Counted from the stretch's first letter, positions 52,646 to 61,733 are shown. The stretch: DNA of 64,000 bases from a bacterium (GCA_032250835.1 JAVVEA010000002.1:278596-342595); one strand, 5' to 3'. Notes: generated from the letters alone by a model not told the origin. A program made the numbers and translations.

Positions 52646-54063
52646 GCCTGACCAATTCACTAATTAATTGCTTTGAAGGACGTATTGATGTTTCGGTAAA
52701 GGAAACGTTCTACGAATATTCCATTTCATTTTCGATTGACCTAACTTCGATAGAAGTAAAAGCGGATCAGCTCGTAGAAGTGCTGAAAGGGGTTAAGGAT
52801 CAATGGGAAATCAGTTTTTTTGATTATTCTGCTCAATTTGCCCGAGACACAAACTATCAAGTTGATTTGACTGTGTATCTGAGTGGGTTAAAGGATGATC
52901 AAGTCGATTCAGCGCCGACTAAACTATTGATCAAAAAGGAGTCTGAAAATGGCGAAATTATTTGTTACGATGCGAATGCATTTGTCGACTCCTTAAAAGC
53001 TGACCCGACAATCGTAATAGCTCAGTTCGGTACTCTGAAAAGGAAGTTGAGTACACTTAGGTTGCGATGTTTTGACGGGTCCAACGCACCTGGAACGTCA
53101 TTCCTAAATGCGACTGATAATGCACGCTTTGTTCAGTCAATAGACTGGGGCGTCCTTTTCCAGGATGCTCATTTTGAACAGTACAAGGATTACCCATTTC
53201 AGCCGGGAGACTTTTTCCTACAGCGGGAGACAGGGAGTAAGTCCCTTAATCGCATAATGAATTGGTGGACATTGGCAATGTCGATTTGCCTTACTGCAAA
53301 TACGTCTTCGATAAGTTATGACAAGCAGACTCGCAGGTTTTTACTGAAGGCCGTCTTCCATGGAGTAAAGCCAGTAAATATTGAATTAAGCTCGACGACC
53401 CAAGTCTCCTATAATTTAGCAAATGCCTGGAAAGATTACTCAGACTGGGTATTTGACGGCCCTGGTATATCGGGACGTCTTGGAGTTTTTCGCAACGTTT
53501 ACACAAATAGTGCACAAGATGGGAAGCTAGGCTATTACGACCTGCTAAAGCCAGTAAAACAAGCGTTTTCAGTATATTTGAAAACTAATGCCAAAGACTA
53601 TGTAGAGATTCATAAAAAAATATTGGATAACATTGATCTAATGTCGAAAAACGCTCAATCAGCGGCAGATTCATTTTCAGCCAATTTTCGGACTGGATTT
53701 CTAGTGTCCCTAGGTTACTGCATAATGGCATTTTTCATTAAGTACCAGTCATCTAATAGGCTGTTTTCGCAGGAGTCATTGATTATCGGGACTGTATTGT
53801 GGTTTGTCGGGATTTTGCACCTCTGTTTAATGTGCTATCTGGCGCGGCAGGATCAGAAGCTTTTACGGAAAAATCAAGAAAAAGCAATGAATTCCTTCTC
53901 TGCCTTACTCCAGACTAAGGAGTTTGAAGAATCTTTTAGCGAGCCATTTCATGAAATCAATCACTCGTTAAAAGATAAGCTTGAGGTTTATGGGTTTCTT
54001 TGGGGTATCACACTCATTCTTTTTCTCGTTTTCTTGATCTGGGGATTCAGTTTGGTGTCGTAG
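52642..54063 (+). CDS. Hypothetical membrane protein (large soluble N-domain, three C-terminal TM helices)
   Basis: ATGA overlap with upstream gene; hydrophobic segments GFLVSLGYCIMAFFI, LIIGTVLWFVGILHLCLMCYL and FLWGITLILFLVFLIWGF; AT-rich. Confidence 0.8.
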   Translation: MSLTNSLINCFEGRIDVSVKETFYEYSISFSIDLTSIEVKADQLVEVLKGVKDQWEISFFDYSAQFARDTNYQVDLTVYLSGLKDDQVDSAPTKLLIKKESENGEIICYDANAFVDSLKADPTIVIAQFGTLKRKLSTLRLRCFDGSNAPGTSFLNATDNARFVQSIDWGVLFQDAHFEQYKDYPFQPGDFFLQRETGSKSLNRIMNWWTLAMSICLTANTSSISYDKQTRRFLLKAVFHGVKPVNIELSSTTQVSYNLANAWKDYSDWVFDGPGISGRLGVFRNVYTNSAQDGKLGYYDLLKPVKQAFSVYLKTNAKDYVEIHKKILDNIDLMSKNAQSAADSFSANFRTGFLVSLGYCIMAFFIKYQSSNRLFSQESLIIGTVLWFVGILHLCLMCYLARQDQKLLRKNQEKAMNSFSALLQTKEFEESFSEPFHEINHSLKDKLEVYGFLWGITLILFLVFLIWGFSLVS

Positions 54064-54074
54064 ATGAGGGCTTG

Positions 54075-54469
54075 AAAATTCGGGGACAGTCACCTATTTC
54101 TGCAGCCATATATTTGGAGACCCGCGGATTACGCTCCTTGGGTTCCCTTTTGCGAGCGGCTTAGAGCCCCTAGCCGAAAGGAGTGTAAAAAAAGCCAAAC
54201 TGTCTGAGCTTCGAGCATGGAGAGTCGGCTTCGCCGACGGTTAACATGAGCAACACTCGCCGGCTCGCGTCGCTACGCCCGCAGCCCTCACTTCGTTCGG
54301 TGCTGCTTGGCGGGGCGAGTTTTTGGCTTTTAGCGAGTGAGGCGTAGGGGGTCTTTGCCGCGAAGGTGAGGGCAGGTTTCTTTGTTACTTTCTTTGCCTG
54401 CCAAAGAAAGTAATCCCATCTCTTTAATTCCTTCCGTAGTTTTGCGCTCCCCAGTACCAGAAAAGAGAG
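54075..54469 (+). repeat. Long structured non-coding element, copy B
   Basis: Starts 11 bp after the cassette stop codon; inverted match to copy A; nested REP-like unit at ~54222-54308. Confidence 0.9.
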
Positions 54470-54489
54470 ATCACCTTTGCCAATACAAC

Positions 54490-54612
54490 GCTCACCGGTT
54501 CGCGTCGCTACGCACTCAGCCCTCGGCGCTGATATGTTCTAAGGGAATGTTGGCATCGCCAACGGCTTTGGTCTGGCAACCGCTGGTTCGCGTTGCTACG
54601 CACGCAGCCCCT
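54490..54612. repeat. Degenerate REP-like hairpin repeat (~1.4 units)
   Basis: GGTTCGCGTCGCTACGCAC...GTTGGCATCGCCAACGG...GGTTCGCGTTGCTACGCACGCAGCCC. Confidence 0.8.
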
Positions 54613-54706
54613 CCGGCCCCCAACCCCAACCCCGCTTTGCGCCTTGGCAGGGGCCACCCCTATTTGGTAAGCTGCTCCCAGAGCAACCCCCCTCCCTTGA
54701 GGTCCT

Positions 54707-56230
54707 ATGGCGGATCAAGCTTACCAGATTGCGGTGATCGGCGGCGGTATCAACGGCGCAGGCATCGCCCGTGAGGCGGCCTATCGAGGTTATCGCACCC
54801 TCCTAGTAGAGCAGGGCGACTTCGCCCAAGCCACCAGCAGCCAGTCTTCCAAACTGATCCATGGCGGCATCCGCTACCTAGAACAAGGCCGCCTGGGTTT
54901 GGTCTTTGAAGCCCTGCACGAGCGCGCCCATCTACTGCGCATTGCCCCCCATCTGGTCCACCCGCTCCGGCTGCATATCCCTGTATACCAAGGCGACGCC
55001 CGCCCCCCCTGGATGATCGGGATCGGCTGTTGGCTCTATGACCTCTTAGCCGGAAGCCGCAACCTAGAGCCCAGCCGACGGGTGCCCCCCAGCGAATGGG
55101 AACAACTGGGCGGGCTTCAGCGAGAAGGCCTCAAAGCGGTCTTCGCCTATTCAGATGCCCAAGTTTTTGATGCCCGCTTAACTCTAGAAACCGCTCTGTC
55201 TGCGGCCCAAGCGGGGGCCGATATTTTTAACTACACCTCCCTTGAGGCCGCCCAAAACCAAGGCGATGGCTGGCTTTTGGAATTAAAAGACCAGCGCAAC
55301 GGGCAAAGCCGCCAAATCCAAGCTCAGGTGGTGGTCAACGCGGCGGGAGCCTGGGCCCCCCAGTTGGACTCCTGGTTCACTCAAAAAAAGAAACGGCCCG
55401 GATTGCGCTTTTCTCGGGGTATCCATCTGGTCTTCGATGGGCCCGCCACCCCGCAGCCCGCATACTTGACGCTGCCCGAAGGGGGCCGGGTGGTTTTTGT
55501 TTTGCCCTGGATGGGTAAGACCCTGGTGGGCACCACCGAATCGGACTTTACCGACCCGCCCACCGCCAAGGTGCCGCCCAGCGAAGAGGAAATCAATTAT
55601 CTGCTAAAGGTTTACGGGCACTACTTCCCCCAGCTAAAGCCCCAGCGAGAGCAAGTCCGCTACATCCATTCGGGCCTGCGCTCCCTGATCGACCGGGGCG
55701 AACGGGACTTAGGCAAGATGTCTCGTGAAGCGCAGTTCGAAGGGGAACAACTGCCCGGCGGGGCCGCCTATTGGTTGGTATTAGGTGGCAAGATCACCAC
55801 CTACCGCAGTCTGGGGCGCAAGCTCCTGGACCAACTGGGCCGCTGGAATCCCTCGGACCGGCGGGCTCATCTGGATACCGCCGTCGAGCCCTTGCCCGGT
55901 GCGGAACCGCTGGATCAAACCCGCCTGTCTAAAGCCCGAGCCGACTTGGCCCAAGCCGGGCTGGGTCCGGCCCAAGAAGCCCGGTGGGTCGCCGCCTATG
56001 GGACCCGCTGGGTGCAGGTGGCTCGTTATTTACGCTACCGCGACACCAACGAAGACCTGACGGGGCAGGGCTTTCTGCGGGCCGAACTGCGTTATTTGGT
56101 GCAGCAAGAGATGGCCTGGACCTTGGACGACATTACCCAGCGGCGTACCCTGATGGCCTACGACCTGAAACCTGAGCAAATCAGAATATTGTCCAGAGCC
56201 TTAACAGAAGAGCGGCGCTGGAAGCCTTAA
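54707..56230 (+). CDS. glpD: FAD-dependent glycerol-3-phosphate dehydrogenase/oxidase
   Basis: IGGGINGAGIAREAA.RG, TSSQSSKLIHGGIRYLE, VVNAAGAW, GGKITTYR. Confidence 0.9.
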   Translation: MADQAYQIAVIGGGINGAGIAREAAYRGYRTLLVEQGDFAQATSSQSSKLIHGGIRYLEQGRLGLVFEALHERAHLLRIAPHLVHPLRLHIPVYQGDARPPWMIGIGCWLYDLLAGSRNLEPSRRVPPSEWEQLGGLQREGLKAVFAYSDAQVFDARLTLETALSAAQAGADIFNYTSLEAAQNQGDGWLLELKDQRNGQSRQIQAQVVVNAAGAWAPQLDSWFTQKKKRPGLRFSRGIHLVFDGPATPQPAYLTLPEGGRVVFVLPWMGKTLVGTTESDFTDPPTAKVPPSEEEINYLLKVYGHYFPQLKPQREQVRYIHSGLRSLIDRGERDLGKMSREAQFEGEQLPGGAAYWLVLGGKITTYRSLGRKLLDQLGRWNPSDRRAHLDTAVEPLPGAEPLDQTRLSKARADLAQAGLGPAQEARWVAAYGTRWVQVARYLRYRDTNEDLTGQGFLRAELRYLVQQEMAWTLDDITQRRTLMAYDLKPEQIRILSRALTEERRWKP

Positions 56231-56257
56231 AAATCTATTCTCACTGGGAGTGATCAG

Positions 56258-57157
56258 ATGAAGGTAGGATTTATCGGCCTAGGGGCCATGGGGGCCCCGA
56301 TGGCCTGGAACGTCTTTAAGGCCGGAATGGACTTGGCGGTATACAACCGCAACGCGGCGCGCTGCCAGCCCTTCGCCGAGCAAGGTGTTTTCGTGGCCCA
56401 AAGCCCTGCCGAACTGGCGGCCAGGGTGGACCGGTTGGTGGTCATGGTGACCGGGCCCGAAGCCTTAGAAGCCGTCCTCTTCGGGCCCCAGGGGGCGGTC
56501 GAAGGGCTGGCCCCCGGCTCGATTCTGGTCAATATGTCCACCGTCTCCCCCACCGCCACCCTTGCGTCCGCCCGCCGCCTAAAAGCGCAACAGGTAGACT
56601 GGGTGGACGCGCCGGTTTCGGGCACCGTGGGCCCCGCCCAGACCGGTCAACTGGTGGTGCTCGCCGGAGCGGAGCCTAGCATCTTGGACCGGGTCCGGCC
56701 CCTTTTGGCGGCCATGGGCAGCGGCTTGGTGGAGTGTGGGCCCGTTGGGGCTGGAACCCAGATGAAGCTGGCGGTTAACCTGCTGCTCGCCGGGGCGATG
56801 GAAACGCTGGCCGAAAGCATGATTTACGCCCAGTCGGCGGGGCTGGCACCGGAGCGGTTGATGGAGGCTTTGGGCCAAGGGGCGCTGAACGCGCCGCTGT
56901 TTCTGCTTAAGGGGCAAGCAATCATCGAGCGCCGCTTCACCAAGGCCTTCCCAGTGGACTTGGTGGCCAAAGACTTGGGGCTGGTTTTAGATGACGCCGA
57001 ACGCACAGGCGTGCAACTCCCCCAAACCCGCCTGAACCTTCAGCGTTACCATAAATGCCAAGGTATGGGGCATGGTGACGAAGACATGGCGGCCTTAGTC
57101 AAGGTCTTAGAAGAGACCGCCCAGATCGAGGTGCGGGGCTCCAAAAACCCGGATTAA
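56258..57157 (+). CDS. 3-hydroxyisobutyrate dehydrogenase-family NAD(P)-dependent oxidoreductase
   Basis: VGFIGLGAMGAPMA, STVSP, DAPVSG, MKLAVN, KDL. Confidence 0.92.
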   Translation: MKVGFIGLGAMGAPMAWNVFKAGMDLAVYNRNAARCQPFAEQGVFVAQSPAELAARVDRLVVMVTGPEALEAVLFGPQGAVEGLAPGSILVNMSTVSPTATLASARRLKAQQVDWVDAPVSGTVGPAQTGQLVVLAGAEPSILDRVRPLLAAMGSGLVECGPVGAGTQMKLAVNLLLAGAMETLAESMIYAQSAGLAPERLMEALGQGALNAPLFLLKGQAIIERRFTKAFPVDLVAKDLGLVLDDAERTGVQLPQTRLNLQRYHKCQGMGHGDEDMAALVKVLEETAQIEVRGSKNPD

Positions 57158-58071
57158 GCCCGCCGCCCGGCCGCTAAGGCCAAGCGGTCGGCCACCAATT
57201 GGATCTCTTCTCCCTGGAATAGTTTGGCCCGCCAGTCTGCGGGAATGGCTGGGTAGCCGTAAAAGGCCCCGGCCAGCTGCCCGGCCACAGCGGCGACGGT
57301 GTCAGCGTCATAACCCAAGTTGGCCGCTTCTAAGAGGCATTCTTTAAGGCTGTGGGTTTTATAAAAACACCAAAGCGCCGCCTCAAGGGTATGGACCACA
57401 TAGCCGGTGCTTTCGATCTCTTCGATCCCCTTGCCCCGGTAGCTGCCCCGGCCCAAGGCGGCAATCTTCGGGCTTAAGATGGTCTCGAAGCCGTGGCGCA
57501 ATAAAATGTCTTCTTTGCTAGCACCGCCAAAGGCCAAGTAAAGCATGGCCGCAAAAAGCCCGCAGGCCTCGACGCACTCTGGGGCCGAATGGGTGGTGTT
57601 GCTGCTTTTTTTGGCGAAGCGGATGGTGGCATCGCGGTCGTCATGAAAGAAAATGGGCACCGGGGCGAGCCGCATTAAGGAGCCGTTGCCCGCCGTCAGC
57701 GGGTCGATGTCACCGCAATAGGGCTCTTGGGTCACCACAAAGCGGATCAGGGATTTGTTGGTGGCCACGCCGATGTCAAAGCACTTACCGGTGCTGCTCA
57801 TGTACCCTTCGTCGCGCCAGGCTAGGTAGCGTTCCATCTGGTCTAAAGGATCAAAGCCGCCGGACTCGATCAGGCTGTGGGCTAGGCATAGAGCCATGCT
57901 GGTGTCGTCGGTCCACTGGCCGGGCAGCAGGTTAAATACGCCGCCGCCTCGGATATCTTCGATGGGCTCAAATTCCCCGCGCTTTTTAAACTCCGCCGCC
58001 ACGCCCAGGGCATCGCCCACCGCCAAGCCCACCATAGAGCCCCGAAATCGGTCCAATCGCTCTATAGACAT
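57154..58071 (-). CDS. ADP-ribosylglycohydrolase family protein
   Basis: GLAVGDALG, GQWTDDT, GNGSLMRLAP, NLGYDADTVAAVAGQLAGA. Confidence 0.93.
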   Translation of the reverse strand: MSIERLDRFRGSMVGLAVGDALGVAAEFKKRGEFEPIEDIRGGGVFNLLPGQWTDDTSMALCLAHSLIESGGFDPLDQMERYLAWRDEGYMSSTGKCFDIGVATNKSLIRFVVTQEPYCGDIDPLTAGNGSLMRLAPVPIFFHDDRDATIRFAKKSSNTTHSAPECVEACGLFAAMLYLAFGGASKEDILLRHGFETILSPKIAALGRGSYRGKGIEEIESTGYVVHTLEAALWCFYKTHSLKECLLEAANLGYDADTVAAVAGQLAGAFYGYPAIPADWRAKLFQGEEIQLVADRLALAAGRRA

Positions 58072-58076
58072 AACCT

Positions 58077-58358
58077 CTAAGCACCCTGGTTGTGGGGCAG
58101 GTTGCGGTAAAGCAGCTTCATCGCCAATAGCGAAGCCACTAAAATCAAAGAAAAAACATTGGCCAGGATCACCGGCAACTCACCTAAGAGTAGGCCATAG
58201 GCCAGCCAAAGCAGGATGCCCAGCGTGAAGGTGGCAGCCCAACTGAGCGATAAATCCCGCACCTGTTTGCTGCGGTAGGTCTGCCAGACCTGGGGCAAGA
58301 AGGCTAAAGTAGTCAAAAGTCCGGCCAGCAATCCGATGCTTTGTGTCGTTAAATCCAT
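58077..58358 (-). CDS. SemiSWEET (PQ-loop) transporter
   Basis: IGLLAGLLTTLAFLPQV...DLS...LWLAYG...PVILAN. Confidence 0.92.
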   Translation of the reverse strand: MDLTTQSIGLLAGLLTTLAFLPQVWQTYRSKQVRDLSLSWAATFTLGILLWLAYGLLLGELPVILANVFSLILVASLLAMKLLYRNLPHNQGA

Positions 58359-58482
58359 TTAGGGACCTTATGGTATAGATTTATTTGCTTTTAGCCCGCT
58401 TAAAGGCTCTCTTTCAAGGCCATTCGCCCCTTTTCTTCGGCTCCATGCTGGGGTATATTTAAGCCCAATCCCCAGGAGCCTG

Positions 58483-58908
58483 ATGAACCTGCCAATTATT
58501 CGCCTCATATACGCCAGTCAAGCGACCACGTTGATGAAGCCCCAAGACGAATGGAGTATTTTAGAGACCGCCCGAACGGCCAACCCTAAGTTGGACATCA
58601 CCGGTCTGCTGACTTTTGATGAGCAGTATTTTTGCCAGTATCTCGAAGGCCCGAGAGACGCCGTCACCAGCCTGTTCTTAAAGATAGCCCTAGACCGCCG
58701 ACACGAAAGGATTCAGCTGCTAGACGTCTCTCCTATTGAGGCTCGCCTCTTCGGGCAATGGAGCATGGCCTTTGCGCCGAGGGAAGAAGCCTTCGCCCCG
58801 GTCTACCAAGCGCATTTTGGTCAAGGACAGTTCAATCCCTTTTTGCTCAGCGACCAAGGGGCGGACTTCTTTTTTAGAGCCCTGAAAGAACAGTTGGCTT
58901 TGGCTTGA
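58483..58908 (+). CDS. Stand-alone BLUF blue-light sensor
   Basis: LIYAS, N...DITGLL, FCQYLEG, I..DRRH, RLFGQWSM (Tyr, Gln, Trp and Met retained). Confidence 0.92.
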   Translation: MNLPIIRLIYASQATTLMKPQDEWSILETARTANPKLDITGLLTFDEQYFCQYLEGPRDAVTSLFLKIALDRRHERIQLLDVSPIEARLFGQWSMAFAPREEAFAPVYQAHFGQGQFNPFLLSDQGADFFFRALKEQLALA

Positions 58909-58913
58909 GGGAT

Positions 58914-59402
58914 TTAGGCTTCGTCGCCTGCCCTAGCCAATTGGCGGAACTGCTGGAGCTCATTGATTTTATAGTTTAGGTACAAAAACTGGAACAGGAA
59001 GGCCCAGAGTTTGTTGGTAACAAAGGGGCCTGCGCCTAATTCTGGATTTCCAAACTCCAACTCGCCTAGTTCACGGAGCCGGTCGGTTAGGCGGAAACTG
59101 AGCACGATCATCCATACCGCCGCCGCCAGAGCGCAGATCCCCGCAAGGCCCTCGGCTGTCGGTGAAGGGTCTGCGGCATAGGCCCCCTCAAAGAGCATGG
59201 GGAAGCCCATAAAGAGAGCTAACAACACCAAGTCCTTGGTGTGTACTATTTCTTTTTCTAGCCCTTCATTAAAGCGGTCTTTACGCTCGGCGAGCCAAAG
59301 GGCCGCGAACAATCCGCCGGTAAACAATTGCAGGGCAAACAGGGCCCAGGTAGAAATTCTGGGGAAATTCACTCCCTTTGTGGCCCCATCGCTAGATAAC
59401 AT
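58914..59402 (-). CDS. Hypothetical membrane protein (DUF4234-like)
   Basis: LQLFTGGLFAALW...LYLNYKINE; several TM segments. Confidence 0.6.
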   Translation of the reverse strand: MLSSDGATKGVNFPRISTWALFALQLFTGGLFAALWLAERKDRFNEGLEKEIVHTKDLVLLALFMGFPMLFEGAYAADPSPTAEGLAGICALAAAVWMIVLSFRLTDRLRELGELEFGNPELGAGPFVTNKLWAFLFQFLYLNYKINELQQFRQLARAGDEA

Positions 59403-59625
59403 AACTCACTCCGATCATTGGTTAGATTCCCGTCATTAGGATTTTAGTCTAACAGAAGCCGCGCCATCCAGGCTAACCTAATCAGGGTGCAAGGCCCCCA
59501 GGCCCGCGCACTAAACCTCCAGAGGGCGGGGCCGCTCTTTGGCTTTTTGGTCGTCCTTGAATTTTCCCCAGCCAAAGCGTATTTTAAGGAAAACCCAGCC
59601 TTAACCCTTTTAGAAGAGAACCCAA

Positions 59626-60039
59626 ATGTTTTACCACGTAGAAATCAAGACCTTGGGCGGTGGTTGGATTGGTGTGACTAACGTTTCTATGGGGGACATT
59701 GCCAAGCGGTATTTTTATCCCTTTGAAATGGGCGAAGCCATCGACTTTTACGGCCACCGCTTAACCAAAGCCGACTGTGCCGAAGTCCGGTTATTGGCCA
59801 GTGGAGAGCGGATCGAGTTAGATGCCCAGGCCCTCTTTGCCCCTGATTTAGACTTAGAGCAGCTAGAGGTCGGGCGCGACAGGGGGCCGGTTTGGGAAGT
59901 GACCGAAGAATTCTTCGGCGAAATCCGGGGCTTTGTAGAGCGCTTCGAGCAACGCCGCACCGAATTGGACGACCACAGCCTACTCAAGACCGAGGCCCCC
60001 GCAATCTGGACCCGGCCCAAAAATAATTCTTTAGCCTAG
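59626..60039 (+). CDS. Hypothetical protein
   Basis: 137-aa ORF with a plausible start; no family recognised. Confidence 0.6.
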   Translation: MFYHVEIKTLGGGWIGVTNVSMGDIAKRYFYPFEMGEAIDFYGHRLTKADCAEVRLLASGERIELDAQALFAPDLDLEQLEVGRDRGPVWEVTEEFFGEIRGFVERFEQRRTELDDHSLLKTEAPAIWTRPKNNSLA

Positions 60040-60139
60040 TGCCCGGTTTGGCTGTTAGGTTTACAGCTAATTCCCACTTTGAAGTTAAACTTCCGACTAT
60101 TTCAAACTCTCTGGCTCAATCCAAAGCTTGACTGCGTAG

Positions 60140-60680
60140 TTCCCCTTTTTTGCGAGCAGCTTAGAGCCCATATAGCCACGCTAAGCAGCTTCGAGGCCGC
60201 AGGCCGAGGGCTACGTGGGTGGCAATACGAGCCGGCGAGTATTGCCCAGCCAAAAAGCCCGCTGTTCGAGCACTGAGCATAAGAAATAGACTTCAACGAC
60301 CTTTTTATATGGGGCAACCCTCGCATCGCTACGGACTCGAAGCTCCTTGGTGGTTAGGGCCTTTATGATACCCCCGTTGGTGAGTCGCTTAGAGCCCGTA
60401 GCCAAACGAAGCGTTAAGAAAGCCAACTGTTCGAGCTTCGAGCGTTAGGGAGTCGGCTTCGCCGACGGCTTACATGAGCAACACTCGCCAGCTCGCGTCG
60501 CTACGCCCGCAGCCCTCACTTCGTTCGGTGCTGCTTGGCGGGGCGAGTTTTGGCTTTTAGCGTAGTTTGGCGTACGGGGTCTTAGCGGCGAGCCACCTGG
60601 GGGCTGGTTTTTTTGCTACTTTTTTTGCCAGCCAAAAAAAGTAGTCCCATCCCTTCAATTCGAACAATAGCTTTGTGCTT
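60140..60680 (+). repeat. Long structured non-coding element, copy C (with nested REP-like units)
   Basis: Shares GCTTAGAGCCC, CTGTTCGAGCTTCGAGC, GGCGAGTTTTGGCTTTTAGCG and the pseudoknot-shaped motif (60602-60644) with copies A and B. Confidence 0.88.
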
Positions 60681-60786
60681 CTCATAACTCGAATGGCAAA
60701 GCTACGCCCATCGCTGTTTGGCTAAGATTTGCTTGAAAGTTGCTGTGCTGAATCGGTTGCGCCGAGTTTTCATGTGGGCAACCGCC

Positions 60787-61296
60787 TCAAGTGCTTGCAT
60801 CGCTACGCCCGTCCCCAGGAGAAAACGGAAGCGGTGTAAACGAATCCGCCGACCGGGACACTAGCCGCCGGATCGCCTGGGTGGGCAGCAAACGCGAATC
60901 CTCAAGCGCCGCGCTGCGGTGGCCTAGACCCACCAAATATTCCGGGTTCGAAGCAAAGGCCAAAAATTCTTGGGCCGAAGCTTGCCGGATCAGCATCACT
61001 AGGTCCCAGGTTTCTTCTGCCGGGCCGATCAGGAAGTTCCCTCCCCTTCCCAAAAATTCAATGGCTCCACCGCTGGCATGTAAAAAAGGCAGGGTGAAGT
61101 CGATATACCGCTGGAAGGCCTCGGCTCCGCTGATCGGCTGTTCTGGCGCAATTTGAGGATGGGCCGAATAATCGGCGACCTCTTTAAAGCGCAACAGGTT
61201 CAACATCACCAAGGGGCCTTGTGGCGGGTTTGAAAAAAAGGCGGCCCCCGCCGCTTGGGTGGGTTCAAGATACACAGGCTGATGGTTTTGGGTCAT
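60787..61296 (-). CDS. DUF1330-family protein
   Basis: GPLVMLNLLRFKEVADY...ISGAEAFQRY...WDLVML...HRSAALEDSRL. Confidence 0.8.
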   Translation of the reverse strand: MTQNHQPVYLEPTQAAGAAFFSNPPQGPLVMLNLLRFKEVADYSAHPQIAPEQPISGAEAFQRYIDFTLPFLHASGGAIEFLGRGGNFLIGPAEETWDLVMLIRQASAQEFLAFASNPEYLVGLGHRSAALEDSRLLPTQAIRRLVSRSADSFTPLPFSPGDGRSDAST

Positions 61297-61706
61297 AACA
61301 AAGCCTGGGAAAGGCCTAACATCCGCTGGATTTGTTCTTCTTTGAGGGGCTTAAAAAAATCGGAGGCGGCGTGCTCGAAGGTGGCTAGCGTTTCCTGGTA
61401 AATTCGCTGGCCTGCCTCGGAGAGCTGGACAAGGCTAACGCGGGCGTCGCGGGGGTTACTTTCCTTTTGGACCAGTCGGTTTTTTTCCATCGGGTTGAGC
61501 AACCGGGTTACCCCTGAAGCACTCATGCCGATGGCTTCAGCTAGGTCCAACCGGCGTAGGGTCTGGTTGGGCGCTTGGCTGAGCTGAAAGAGCACTAAGA
61601 ATTCCGAGAAACTGATGCCGTGAGCGCTCAACGGGCGGTCGATACGCTTCATCAGGTGGGTCATCATTTGGTGTAGCGAAAGGACAAGGTCTTGGCTTGG
61701 GGTCAT
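61293..61706 (-). CDS. MarR-family transcriptional regulator
   Basis: GISFSEFLVL, DLAEAIGMSASGVTRLL..ME...LV......DARV..V.L. Confidence 0.93.
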   Translation of the reverse strand: MTPSQDLVLSLHQMMTHLMKRIDRPLSAHGISFSEFLVLFQLSQAPNQTLRRLDLAEAIGMSASGVTRLLNPMEKNRLVQKESNPRDARVSLVQLSEAGQRIYQETLATFEHAASDFFKPLKEEQIQRMLGLSQALL

Positions 61707-61733
61707 AGTGGATACTGGATTAAAGGTTGAATA

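Noticed and set aside
57154-58071. ADP-ribosylglycohydrolase as the antitoxin of a toxin-antitoxin or DraT/DraG system
   Set aside because: No ADP-ribosyltransferase or nif gene nearby; composition matches the host backbone.
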